The notes under the pieces are model-generated. The model worked only from the letters and a program-made list of their open reading frames with translations, did no database searches and was not told where the DNA came from. DNA of 64,000 nucleotides from NCBI GenBank assembly GCA_016748015.1, contig JAAOMT010000283.1, forward strand, positions 314,108 through 378,107, written 5' to 3'. The translations under genes and the position numbers were made by a program. Within the stretch, counting starts at the first letter, position 1; every line of letters starts with the position of its first letter. This document shows, in pieces, positions 10,899-24,084 of this stretch. Source of the stretch: Geosiphon pyriformis uo1 (Eukaryota > Fungi > Glomeromycota).

Positions 10899-13800
10899 AT
10901 GGGTGATTATTTATACCTGCCACAACAATCAAAAGAACACTTTAAAGCACACAACAAAAATGATCTAGACTTTATTGAACCCAATCCTTTGCCTTTCTGC
11001 TTGATTTGCTTCCCCATTGAAAAACAATCTAGCAGACAATTCCAAGACTTTTGGAACTGGTTCTTGAATGAGCATTCAGCTAAAACCTACACAGCTTATA
11101 CAATTTATTACTTTGACCAAGCTTATTTTGAAGATGACTTTGAAAAAAGCTATTAAACCACTCCTGTTTTTGATCTCTTTTCAAGTGAATCAGGACACTC
11201 CACACAAACAGTTACACCTGAACCAATGGTTCAAGACCCTCTACAACAAAACATTCTGATTGCCCTCCAAGGTATACAGACTGCTTTAAAAAAAAAGTAG
11301 AAATAAACTCTTTCTCTCCTAAATTTCATGACCACAAATAGAGCTAAGAGTAAAAAAGTTGCAAACATTACTTTTCTTATAGTGACTAATAAAGTTTTAA
11401 TACGAGAGGGTCTCTCTGTTATTGAAGCAGCTAGACAAAACATTCTGGCAACATTTCCTTTAAAAATAATAGTAATAAGCTGCCTTTAGCAGCTTCTAGT
11501 TCATTTTCTTCACCTTTGGCTGGTAGTTTTTCTCCAGTCAAAGTTCCTTCAAAAAAACACACTCAAGTTAGTTCCAGTGTTGTCTCCACTACTTTAAAAA
11601 GCCCAAAGATTTTTAATAACAGACTAGTCAACAAGTTGGTCTTTCCTGCTCTCATCACTCCCACTATTACTTCTATTACTACTGCTTTACAAATGGCCGT
11701 GAAAGCAAAAAATTCCAAAAAACAGCAGCAGGCAGTCACAACTGCTATGGTCACACCAAACCCCTTTGTAGTTTCAGATGAGATCTTCAGTAAGATCTCC
11801 ACAGCAGCAGCCAGCCCTCTTCCTGATATGGATGGCAACAGCAGTGGCACATCTCCCAAGATGGGCCAAGATCAACCACTGGCTGTGTTGCTTAATGTGG
11901 TATTTTCCAGCAGATCATCGCCAATTTCAGTAAAAAAACAGTCCATCAATCCAGATGATCTCAAAGATTGGGCTGATCAAATGGAAATGGAATCAACTGT
12001 TCCTTCCCTAGTTTCTGGTGCTGCTGATGGTGATGCTTGGGAAAATGTGAATGGTCATCAGAGGTTCTTTGGTTGGGTGGCCTCCAATCTAGTATCTGGA
12101 GCTACATTCAAGATCAAAATGGCCCTGCTTGGTTCTTTGTTTCAGTTACTGCCTGTTTGTATTGGGCTTAAGTCAGTTTTACGAAATGCTATTAAGTTGT
12201 TCTGTATGGAATTTGCATCTTAGGAGTGTCTAAATAATGCCACCAAAGTGGCCATCAGTGATGAGGTGTTTTTGACCACTCTTAAGATTGCATGGTCTTC
12301 TGGTGTGGCCTCTGTTTCTTCCCCTTCTTTGTCAGTTGCACTGTGCAACATACCTTTGGGTATCTCTTCTGATGACATCAAAACTGCTCTTGGCATTTTT
12401 GGTGTTGTCACTTCTATGAAGTTGAAGCCTGCAATATGCTGTGGTTAATTTTAAGAACATTTCTTCTGCTGCTGCTGCTCTCTCTAACTAGTCTGTATTG
12501 GTCAGAAAAGATAGTGTTAGGATTCTTCCTGTTGCCAACCAAAAGGAGGTTATTTTCTCAAGAAATGTATTCAAAACTAAGTTGGTCAATCTTTCATTTG
12601 GCTGTACTGCCTTTGAGATAAGTAATTTGGTCACCCAAGTTGGTGGCCGTATGTGTTCATTCTTTGCTTCCCTGAATCTTATCGATGTCAACACTTTGCT
12701 GTAATTACCTTTGATTCTTTGGAATCTCTAAATGTTGCTGTGTTAAAAACTGGTACCTTGTGTGGTTGTTGCATTTGGTGGGAAACTCCTGGGTGTTGCT
12801 ACTGTTACAGATGTCAAGACTTGGATCATTTGGCCATGGACTGCAAGAAGTTGCCTCTTTCCACACCCAAACTCTACTTTAATACTTTTGGTGGCCCCAA
12901 AATTTTCAAACCTTCATTTGCTGAATCTAAATTTTATGCCAAAGCTGCTGCTTTTGTGGTTTCTCCTGGTGCTGCTGCTGCTAATATGAACTTGGATCTT
13001 GGTGGTCCTTCCAAAACTACACCACTTATGGTGCCTGCTATATCTTCTGTTTCTAAGTCTGCTGTTGAATCTAGGTTGGCTTCCTTGGAATCCCATCTTA
13101 GTGAACTCTCTGTGTTGATAAAATCCTTAGTTGAATTTGTTGGTGCTCTTGTTACATTGGTTACTAAACTGCTGTCTATTCCAACTGCCATGGATGTGTC
13201 AGTTAAGAAATGTGTGAATGGTTTGGCTAAGCAAAATAAAGGCTTGGCTGTTGTTGTTTCTGTGATGCAGAGAAGCATTACACACCTTGAGAAAAGATGT
13301 AAACAGGCTGGCTTGGAGGATGGATCAGATGTTGATGACATGGTTGATAATAATGATGATGATGATAAAAATTTTTCAGTTTATGATAATACCTTTGATG
13401 TTATGATGTATCTATGAGAAGATTAGCCTTCTAGTATCAAATCCAGTCCTGATCAAACTGCTAAGTGGATGAGTAGTATGGTTAAGAATAGTCATGAGCT
13501 TGTTAGCATTATGGGTAAAATGTATGAATTAGAAATGTTTGATACATTAAGTAGCAAAGGTAGTATTAGCATGTAGTTAGGGCTTTCCACTAAGTAGTTA
13601 GCTGCATCTTGTAAACTTTGTATTATTGGGTAAGCTGGCTTTATGAAAGTGCCAACTTTATTGTTAGACAAAACTAATAAACAATCAGTGTGGCTACATG
13701 TTAACATAAAAAAAAAATACAGACTGCTTTAGGGCGAAGAAACAACACCTCATTACTATTATTCAGAGGTAATGTTCAAGATCCAATTGAATGGTTGGAT

Positions 13801-14754
13801 GATTTTGAAAGAGCTGCCACAGCAAACCAATATGATAATGAATACAAGTTCCAAATTGTTGGTGGCTACATCCAAGGCTCTCCTGCTACTTGGTTCTCAC
13901 AAGAAACCAATGCTAATGCTCAGCAAAGAATCATTAAATGGGCACTGACAAATGCTGGAGAAGACAACACCTCTTTTACTACCCAGTTTGAAACTAAATT
14001 TAGAACTCCCATCTTAATCTCAAAATGGCATATGGAATTAGAAAGAAGAACTCAAGACTCTGGTGAGGTTGTGACAGAATATGCCAAAGCAATAAGAAAA
14101 CTTATTAAATGGGTAGACTCTGGAAGAAATTGGACAGAAAAGCAGAAAATACATTCCTTTACAAAAGGACTGAGAACTGATTTATCATATGCTCTTTGGC
14201 CCCTTCTGGCCTTGAAAGATAATCCCACAATGGACATGGCCATTGAACTTGCTCAGAAAATAGAAGACAATTAAAAGATGCATCTAGGATCCACATTTCC
14301 AGTTTTTGCTCCTGTTCCTGTTATGGCTTCTGCTCCCCAAATGGCTGCTACCTCTTTTACTGCCCAAACTCAAGACTCAAATGAACAGTTAATAGATAGA
14401 CTTATAGCTAATCTTGCCTGGCTATTAGAACCATTGGCCCAAACAGTTAGAAAGAATCAACAATCCTAAAAACCCAGATTTGAACTTCATTTCAATTAGC
14501 CCCAATAACCACCATATCAAAGACAGCAAAATCATGGCCCACCTGTGTGCTATTGTTGTGGACTAACTGAACACTTCTCAAGAAACTGCAACAATCCTCC
14601 ATTGCTCTCTCCAGCTTCTAGAAACAATGACAATCAAAACAACAGAACCATTAACAATAATGTTCCCAACCAAAGAACCAATCATCTCAACATCAATTTT
14701 TTTGGATAGGATCTCCTAGTTAAAGCCACTGTTTATCAGCTTTTAAACTGGTAG
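10899..14754 (+). pseudogene. gag: gag of A1 (interrupted by H6)
   Basis: Retrotransposon capsid-like region (IEWLDDFERAA…Q…EVVTEYAKAIRKL…KIHSFTKGLR), decayed CCHC knuckle, ends LNW-stop. Confidence 0.88.
11289..13716 (+). mobile_element. ORF1-only element H6 in gag of A1
   Basis: Perfect 15-bp TSD atacagactgcttta (11274-11288 / 13717-13731); 5' A-run; 3' poly(A). Confidence 0.96.
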
Positions 14755-17700
14755 GCACACCTCCAAAGGATGAGAGTGCAAGCCAACCAGAAAAAACCTC
14801 TTTTATGCTTTTAACCTAACTGATGATGATCATGATATAGATAAACTAGCAATCAACATCTCTGAATCAACCAAAAAGAAGAAGAAAGCCAAGGTTGATT
14901 TCGTCTTGGACCCAAACAAAGCATCCAAATCATCTGCTGATAACAATGAGCCACCAAAGGCTAAGGTTTTTAAAAATCCTCCAAAGTTAGAACCCCCAAA
15001 AATTGTACAAAAATCTGGACCCTATTCTGTTGTTAAAGATCTCATGGAAACCCCCAGCACCAACAAATGCCCTCACCAAGCTGGACTTGTTGATAACAGC
15101 AATGTCACCCCTCTGATTTGTAAAGCCCAAGTGGCTGGTTACTTTATTAATCTGATTCTAGATAGTAGATCATCTGTTAGTGTAATTGCCAAACATTTTC
15201 TTGAAGCAATTGGCAGAAAGATTGATGAGCCTTCCACAAGACCAATGACTAATGTACATGGTAACAAGAAGAAAGGCCTGGACATAGCCAAAGCTATTTC
15301 TGTTCGCATCAATGGTATTAGCATTGAAACAGATATGGAAGTATCTGAAACAAAAAAGTACACCATTATTGTTGGTAATGAATGGCTTAAAAAAGCCAAA
15401 GCATTACTTGACTATGAACTTTGTGAGCTAACCATCAGATGTGGTGAGAAACCCATTGTGGTTAAATGCTGACATTAGACAACTCCTCCAGTACCCAAGC
15501 AGAATCAAGAAGAAGAACAATCAGATGAATCAGATAATAATAAGAGCAATAAAAAAGAAGATCAAGAACCAGAAGAAACAAAACAAAAACTCTTTCTCTC
15601 CTAAATTTCATGACCACGAATAGAGCTAAGAGTAAAAAAGTTGCAAATGTTACTTTTCCTATAGTAACTAATAAAGTTTCAACACGAGAGGGTTTTTCTG
15701 TTATTGAAGCAGCTAGACAAAACATTTTGGCAACATTTTTTTTAAAAAATAATAGTAATAAGCTGCCTTTAACGGCTTCTGGTTCATTTTCTTCACTTTT
15801 GGCTGGTAGTTTTTCCTCAGTCAAAGTTTCTTCAAAAAGACACACTTGGGTTAGTCCCAGTGTTGTCTCCACTACTTCAAAAAGCCCAAAGATTTTTAAT
15901 AACAGGCCAGTCAACAAGTTGGTCTTTCCTGCTCTCACCACTCTCACTACTACTTTACAAATGGCCATGAAAGCCAAAAATTCCAAAAAACAGCAGTAGG
16001 CAGTCGCAACTGCTATGGTCACACCAAACTCCTTTGTAGTTCCAGATGAGATCTTTGGTAAGATCTCCACAGCAGCAGCCAGCCCTATTCCTGATATGGA
16101 TGGCAACAGCAGCGGCACATCTCTCAAGATGGGCCAAGATCAACCACTGGCTGTGTTGCCTGATGTGGTACTCTTCGGCAGATTATCACCAATCCTAGTA
16201 ACAAAACAGTCCATCAATCCAGATGATCTCAAAGATTGGGCTGATCAAATGGAAATGGAATCAACTGTCACCCCCCCCCCCAGTTTCTGGTGCATCTGAT
16301 GCTGGTGCTTGGGTGAATGTGAGTGGACGTCAAAGGTTCTCTGGTTGGGTGGCCTCCAATCTTGTACCTGGTACTACGTTTAAGATCAAGATGGCTTTGC
16401 TTAGTTCTTTGTTTCAGTTGCTGCCTGGTTGTATTGGGCTTAAATCTGTTTTACAAGATGCTGTCAAGTTGTTCTGTGTGGAATTTGCATCTCAGGAGTA
16501 TCTAAATGGTGCTACCAAAGTGGCCATTGGTGATGAGGTTTTTTTGACCACTCTTAAGATTGTACAGTCTTTAGGAGTGACCTCTGTTTCTTCCTCTTCT
16601 TTGTCAGTTGCACTGCGTGATGTACCTTTGGGTACCTCTTCTGATAACATTAAATTGGCTCTTGGCATTTTTGGTGTTGTCACTTCTGTTAAGTTGAAGT
16701 CTGCTGGCTTATGGCAATATGCTGTGGTTAACTTTAAGGACATTTTTTCTGCTGCTGCTGCTCTCTCTAACTGGTCTGTGTTGGTCAGAAAAGATAGTGT
16801 TAGGATTTTTCCTATTGCCAACCAAAAGGAGGTTATCTTCTCAAGAGATGCTTTCAAAGCTAAGCTGGTTAATCTTCTATTTGGCTGCACTGCATTTGAG
16901 ATAAGTGATCTGGTCTCCCAAGTTGGTAGCCATACATGCTTTATTCCCCACTTCCCTGATTCTTATCAATGTTAATGCTTTGCTGTGGTCACCTTTGATT
17001 CCTTGGAATCTTTAAATGCTGCTGTTTCAAAAACCAGTACCTTACATGGCTGTTACATCTGGTGGGAAACTCCTGGATGTTGTTGCTGCTATAAATGTCA
17101 AAATTTAGATCATTTGGCTGTGGACTGCAAGGTGTTGTCACCTCTCCCTCCCAAACTCTCTTCTAATTATGCTGGTGGTCCCATCATTTTCAAGTCATCC
17201 CACATTGGAGCTAAATCTTATGCCAAAGCTGCCACCTCTGTGGTTCCTCCTGTTGCTGCTGCTGCTGCTAATACGGGTCTGGCTTTCAGTACCTCTCCCA
17301 AGGTTGTGGTGCTGCTGTTGCCAGTTGCCTCCTCTGGTTTAGATCTTGCTGTTAATGCTAGATTGGCTTCTCTGGAAACCCAACTTAGTAAACTGTCTTT
17401 GTTGATCAAATCTATAGTTGAGCCTGTGGGTTCTTTGGTTGCATTAGTTACTATGTTATTGTCTACTCCACCAGTTATGGCTGAGGCAATGAAGAAAAGT
17501 GTGATCGGATTGGGAAACCAAATTAAGGCTGTTCATGCTGTGGCTTCTGTGCTGCAAAAAGAAGTGAGGGCCCTCAAGTTGAGGAGTAGGAAAGTACAAT
17601 ATAACATATCTGATGATAAAAACATGGATGATGATGATAATAATAATGATGATGATGATGGTGATGCTAAAGATTTTTTGGTCTATGATGATATATTTGA

Positions 17701-20700
17701 TGCGATGATGGAGTTATGAGATGTTCAATCCTCTAATATCAACTCTGATCCAGATCAGACGGCTAAGTGGATGAGCAGTCTTGTTAAGAATAGTCATGAA
17801 CTGGTATGTATTATGGGTAAAATGTATGAATTAGATATGTTTAATACATTAGGTAGCAAAGGTAGTACTAGCATATAGTTAGGGCTTTCCATTTGTGATT
17901 AACCACATCTTGTAATATGTATTATTGGGTGAGCTGGCTTTATGAAACCACCACATTACTGTGGACTAACTAATAAACAACTGGTGTGGCTACACGTTAA
18001 CAAAAAAAAAAAAAAAAAAAACAGAAGAAACTGCTGAACTCACTTATACCATCTTCACCAGCAATAACAAGCCACTGGACAATGTTAAAGCTGACAAAAA
18101 AGGAATTATGGTAAATGGCAAACTGGTCTGCTGGCCCTACTATGATATTCTCAGAAGAATCTTTGACAAAAAACCTAGCAAAAAAGCAAAATACAGTTAT
18201 TGATGACATGGCCCTTGTGCATGGTGCTGGTGTAATAAACTTTTGTATTCACCAAGTGATGAATGCAAATCCTGCCTAATCTACTACAAAAATTGGAAAC
18301 CAATTAGCTTGATACCTTGAGAATGAACCACCTAAAATCCAATTACTAGTTGTAAAACAAAGAGAACCTTCTCTTGAAGAAAGAAAAATGGACATTGAAA
18401 ATATGTTGGCTAGAAATAGCCCAGTTATCTCAAAAGAAGATGATGCCCCTGGACAAACCCATGTGATACAACACACCATCACTACCAAAGAAACTCACCC
18501 CATCTATTTGAAGCCTTATCAATCCAATTGACACAATGATGAGTTTATTAAGAAAGAAATAAACCAGATAAAAGATCTTGGATTCATACAAGAAACCAAG
18601 AGTGAATGGGATTTCTCAATTGTAGTGGTATCCAAGAAAGATGGAACCCTATGCTTCTGTGTTGACTACTGCCAATTAAATAGCCACTTCCCAAAATTGA
18701 TGCAATGCTAGATAAATTCAATGGTGCTGCTTTCTTCTCAACCATTGATTTAACTGCTGGATTCTGGCAAGTAGAGATGGATCCAGAAAGCAGAAAGAAA
18801 ACTGCCTTTATTACCAAGTATGGCACCTATGAATTCACAGTCATGCCTTTTGGTCTCACCAATGCTCCTCTCATCTTTCAACGCCTAATGGATAAAGTGT
18901 TTGAATCAGTAAAAGAAAACTTTGTTCTGGTTTACTTGGACGACATAATAGTATATTCAAAAACCTGGGATGAACACCTTGAACATTTACAGAAGGTTTT
19001 TGACCTGCTAAAAAATGCTGGCCTTAAGATCAACCCAATCAAATCTTTTTTTGGACGCCAATCCATTCAATTCCTTGGTCATTTTATTACAAAAGATGGA
19101 ATCTTTCCTGACCCAGCTAAAGTTAAAAAAGTTCAAAACATTAGACAACCAATGAATGTTTCTGAACTACATTTTTTTCTTGGTTTGGTCTCTTACTATT
19201 GCAAATTTATCAAGGATTTCTTCAAAATTGCCTTTTTCCTCAATCAGCTACTCAAGAAAAATGTCAATTATTACTGGGGCACTCATTAACAAAAAGCTTT
19301 TGAATTTTTGAAGGAAAAACTTGTTACTGAACCAATTCTCAAACAACCAAATCTGGACCAATCTTTTATTCTCCACACTGATGCATCTGGCTATAGACTT
19401 GGTACTGTCCTTTTACAAAAAGATGAAAATGGCAGAGAACATGCCATAGCATATGCCAGTAGATCCCTTACACCAGCAGAAAAGAACTAATTAGTTACTA
19501 AACAAGAATGTTTAGCAGTAGTTTGGGCTACCAACTACTGGGATCAATATCTTCTTGGTGCAAAATTCTTAGTGGTAATAGATCATCAAGCCTTGGTTTG
19601 GCTGTACAATAAAAAGAAGCTAGAACACAAAAGAATAACTTGCTAGATACTTCACTTGGATGAATTCGACTATGATATTCAACACTACAAAGGAACAAAT
19701 CATCAAAATGCTGATGCTCTATCTAGACTTACCATCCAGTGACAGTACAACCTCTTAAACCAAACCAACTTAATTATTAGTAACTCCTTTACAAACAAAC
19801 ATGATAATGGACTTGGACAACGACTCTGCCTTAATGGAATTTTTGGGTAAAGAACAATACTTACTGGAATACACTCGACAGCAAAGAGAACATTTGCACA
19901 AACAATCAAATTTCTATTTGATTCACCAGAACCAGCTATATAAAAGAAATAGAAAAGACCCTGACCGCCCCCAGAGAGTCATCAGATTTGAAGAAAGAGA
20001 AATTGTAATATACAACATGCACACTGATCCATTAGCTAAACACTTTGGAAAAACAAAGACATTCAGAAAACTTTAGCTTACTATTATTGGCCTATCTTGA
20101 GAAAAGACATTGCTAAATACACCAAAACCTGTAACATCTGCCAAAGAAGAGGCAAACCCAATCACAAAGAAGATATCCATCCAATCTCTATTAGTCAACC
20201 ATTTGACAGAATTGGTATAGATGTTGTTGGACTTTTAACAATAACTCCTGATGGCAACAGATATATTATCACAGCTACCAACTATCTTACAAAGTAAGTA
20301 GAAGCAAGAGCCACCTCAGACCAAACAGCAGTCTCAATAGCCAATTTTATTTATGAAGATATCATCTGCCATTATGGCTGCCCCAAAGAACTTTTATCTG
20401 ATAGAGGAAAAGCTTTTCTCAGTACACTGGTTGAAGAACTTTGTAGAAAAATGGGAATACATCATAAACTTTCCTCCCCTTATCACCCCTAAACAAATGG
20501 TCTAGTAGAACGTTTCAATAGAACACTGTGTGAAACCCTAGCCAAAACCAGTGAAAAAACAAACTTATGAGACAAAGTACTGACTTCAGCTTTGTTTGCT
20601 TATAAAACTGTAAATTATGACATAACAAGTTATGAACCTTTTTATCTGTTCTATGGATGCATGGCAATACTACCAATAGAAACTGATATTAAAACAATAC

Positions 20701-21119
20701 CCTTTGAAGAGATTACAATAGGAAATTAGAAAGACATTTTGCAAAGAAGACTTGGTACTATTCTTAACTCCTTGGTAAAAACATGAATAATTGCTTTTGA
20801 AAAAATAAAACAGTTCCAAGAAAAGCTTAAGAAAAAGAAAACCTATAAAACACTTTCTTTAAGTGTTGGTAACTTAGTTTTAGAATACCATTTTGACAGA
20901 GACAATGTTTATAGTGATAAATTTTCTAGCCAGTGGAAAAGACCCTTTATAGTTAACAAAGTTTTGAACAATGGTTCTTATATTCTTCAAGATCAATCTG
21001 GAACAATCTTCAATGATCATTCTGTTCATGATACACGACTCAAGAAATACCATAAACAACCTGATTGGCTGCCTGTTGTGGTAATACTGATTCAAATGAT
21101 CAGCAAAAATCAAGTATAA
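14742..21119 (+). pseudogene. pol: pol of A1 (PR, Cys-rich spacer, RT, RNase H, IN), interrupted by H7
   Basis: LILDS[G]SSVS; MPFGLTNAP…YLDD; LHTDASGY; HHCC, IGIDVVG, SDRG, GLVERFNRTL. Confidence 0.92.
15580..18021 (+). mobile_element. ORF1-only element H7 in pol of A1
   Basis: TSD cagaagaaac (15570-15579 / 18022-18031); A20 tail; ORF1 fragments 15610-17719. Confidence 0.95.
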
Positions 21120-21160
21120 ATAAATGCACTATTCCCAAAACAGAGGTATCTTCAATCGAC

Positions 21161-21806
21161 ATGAACAATTATTTTCTAGATCAAAACATTCAAAACGTTT
21201 TCTATACTTTTCATGAGTATTGGATCAAAAACTATCCAAATGCTACTCTGACCATTAGAAAACAAACCATCATAACTGATAACAGTGGAACACATACTGT
21301 TATTAGACCAAAGAAAATCACTACCAGAAGAGAAAGAATTGGTAGTAAAATGGACAAATATCTGTTGGAAAGTATAACAGCAGCTATACTCCTACCTTCC
21401 AACACAATTGGAAAAACACTTATCCATAGACAAAAACTTGTCATATGGAAGACAATTAAAACTCTATGGTCGTCTTGGTGAAATCATAGAGGATATGAAA
21501 CTCATGAAGAAAACAAATTCAGAAATACAGGCAGAAATTTTGGGCATTATATGGTTAGATGTTCCAAGAGTTTTAACTATTGCTAAAAGAGTCAAAACTC
21601 TAATACAAAGATTTGGTCTCTTGAATACAAAACTCATTTTGCCTCAAGTGTTATATATCTTATTGACAAAAGACTTCAACAAACTAGTTAGCTTTAAGTT
21701 AGATAAAACTTTTCCAATAGATTATACCATAAATAGCTTAATTTCGCCAGAGCTCAATCTCTTTGAAGAGGATGATGTTATGGTTGAAACTTATACTTCT
21801 TATTAA
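21161..21806 (+). pseudogene. ORF3 of A1 (frameshifted)
   Basis: ORFs 21065..21481 and 21408..21806 together equal the intact ORF3 at 31760-32416. Confidence 0.8.
21765..21775 (+). promoter_or_regulatory. Polypurine tract g(g/a)agaggatga
   Basis: Abuts the TG of the 3' LTR; also at 32375-32385 and 39699-39709(-). Confidence 0.75.
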
Positions 21807-22395
21807 TTATCACATGTATTAGCCACTGATGTCATATAAATAAGCCATTCTATTTTTAGTAAGTAATCATTGACCTGATTAATGACCTAACTGTTGAACT
21901 GATCATTGACCACTTTTGACAACTATATAAGCAATGAATCTCTTAGCTGTAGAAAAGCATGTTCAAAATAATCAAGAATAAATAAAATAACAACTTACAT
22001 CTCAATCCTTCTCTTATTGCTAATTTCCCTTTCCCTACTTTCAAGTATCTGAACATCTTAAAGATAAAAGAAACATGTAATTGCAGCATTTGAAGATTAT
22101 TGAATAAAATGTGACTGAAGAGTACATCTGATACTTGATATTGAATTCTAAGAGCACTGACATGAGCCATAGAATTATACCAAGTGTGATCATTTGTTGA
22201 CAGTATGGACTATCCCTCTACCTTCAGATTCCCTGGTTATCTTTGAAAAGTATAGTGACTGAAATATTTTATGAGACTGATCTCGCACATTGAATCAATT
22301 TGCTCTTTGAAGTTGAATTCCCTTTGATTATTTCTATTATCCTACAATCCTGTTCTCTCTTGCTATCTGTTAGCTTGTTACTGCGACTCATAACA
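21776..22395 (+). repeat. 3' LTR of A1
   Basis: tgttatgg…taaca; direct repeat of 10193-10846 with substitutions and indels. Confidence 0.92.
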
Positions 22396-22399
22396 GTAT

Positions 22400-24084
22400 C
22401 TTCTTCTTTTTTTTTATGCAGGGTTGGACATTTTGAGACCAAATGTCCCATCTGATAACAGAAGTGGTACTCTTTAGCATCAGTAGGCACCCAGTGGACC
22501 AGTGTGTCACCAATTACCAAGGGCTTTTTGGTGGCATTGTTGCAGCTAGCTTTACTGTTAAATCTTATATAAGCACAGCCCATCCTTGTATAATTTTTGC
22601 TAGTTTTTGGAATGAAGCAAGATCAGGCTTTGATTTGATCCAGAGTGGTGCTCAAGTAGTGAGCAGTACAGTTTTGTGGTAGGCCCACCAATTTAGCTTC
22701 CCAGGCTTTTCTCTGCTTAATGATCTTTTGAGTTCCAATCATTGGGTAAATTCTGACTACATCTTTTCTGACCATGGTCAACCATTGGTTTACAGCTCTG
22801 GTTGTTGTTATATTCAATCACTGCTGATTGCCATTTGCCAGCTACTTTGATTTGGATTTTTTTGACTTTTCCAAATTTTTTTATGGCAGCTCTCACCTCT
22901 TTGTCTGAGATGCCCAAGGGGATATCTCTTACCAGGACTTTTCTTTGACCAGCCATTTGGTTGTTGACACCATCAGTAGCCATCAAAAATGATTCTATTT
23001 CTTTATTTGCCAGGATTTCTCTGGCTTGGTCTCTTCCAGCCACTTGGGAAAAATCAACTCTGATTTCTTGGTTTCTAGTTATTACAGCTCCCAAGAGGTA
23101 ACTAACATCTTCCAAGAGATTATAAATCCACCCCACTTTCTTTTCCATGATTTTTTTTGGTATGTCCAATGCTTGCACAAAAAGTACATGCCTCTTGGTC
23201 CCATGGACTACTGTTCTTCAGCCTTTTTCATGGTTTGCTTCCACAAGCATGGGTTTTTTGCCAAGTAATTTACTACTGTATTGTTCTGGACTTGGACTAG
23301 CCATTCTGCTTGATAGGCTTAATTCAGAGTCTTTTATGTCTTCTACAGCATTATTCAGATTAGACTTATCTTTGTTTGTGTCAAATGGATTGTCCATTTG
23401 CTTTTTATTCTCTATCACAAAATTTCTTCTGTTGATCTTGTCCAAAATATCAGAATTGCATTTTCTCAAAGCCACTTCTATTTGTGCAGCTCTTTCCCTG
23501 TCTTCTTTAGGTGTTTTGGATGGTTTATCTATTTTTCTCAGGGACTTTAAGACTCCCTTTTCACTAGTCTAAGCTTCTATTTGAAATTTGTTGCTGTTTC
23601 CACTTTTGTTAAACATTAGTTGCAAGACAAAGCTATTGGTTTAAACAGATGTGTTTTTAGGTAGGTCTTCTTTAGTTATTTGATTGAATTTCTCAGTTAG
23701 CCCTTTTACACTAATTCTTTCAATGTGTCTGTATTTTTTGTTGGCCTTTTTCTCTAATCTGTTAGCTGTTATTGGAGAAAAGTCTGTCACTCTCCTATGT
23801 AGAGCTGTTTTTTTCGATGTGTTGGCTATTCTAAAGGGTGTATTGTCTCCACTACTTGTGTTCACACTTCCAAATAGTCTATTGGTAGTTTCAAATCTAA
23901 ATGGAAGTGTAATAGGTCTTGTAGTTTCTACAGTTGTTGAATTCCATGGATTAGTGTTAATGTTTTCTCTTTCAACAGTGGAAGTTATGTTTCCCTCTAC
24001 TTGGTATTCACTGTCAATAGTCTCTACACTTGTACTTCTTTGCCTGACTGGTGTCACTTTACTGTTAACATTGTTATTAGACAC
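22400..24084 (-). pseudogene. LINE ORF1 (RRMs and CCHC), fragmented; C-terminus continues at ~9700-10192
   Basis: ORFs 23641..24084, 23218..23475, 22717..23178, 22623..22817 and 22269..22583 form one collinear protein. Confidence 0.82.

Larger units (their letters stand above)
10193..22395 (+). mobile_element. Full-length Ty3/Gypsy LTR-A copy A1 (~7.3 kb net), carrying H6 and H7
   Basis: Paired LTRs 10193-10846 and 21776-22395, PBS, gag-PR-RT-RH-IN order, PPT, and 4-bp TSD gtat (10189-10192 / 22396-22399). Confidence 0.95.

Noticed and set aside
21943-22170. Small ORFs within LTRs (also 53754..53942, 38952..39182)
   Set aside because: Not conserved in frame or length between LTR copies.
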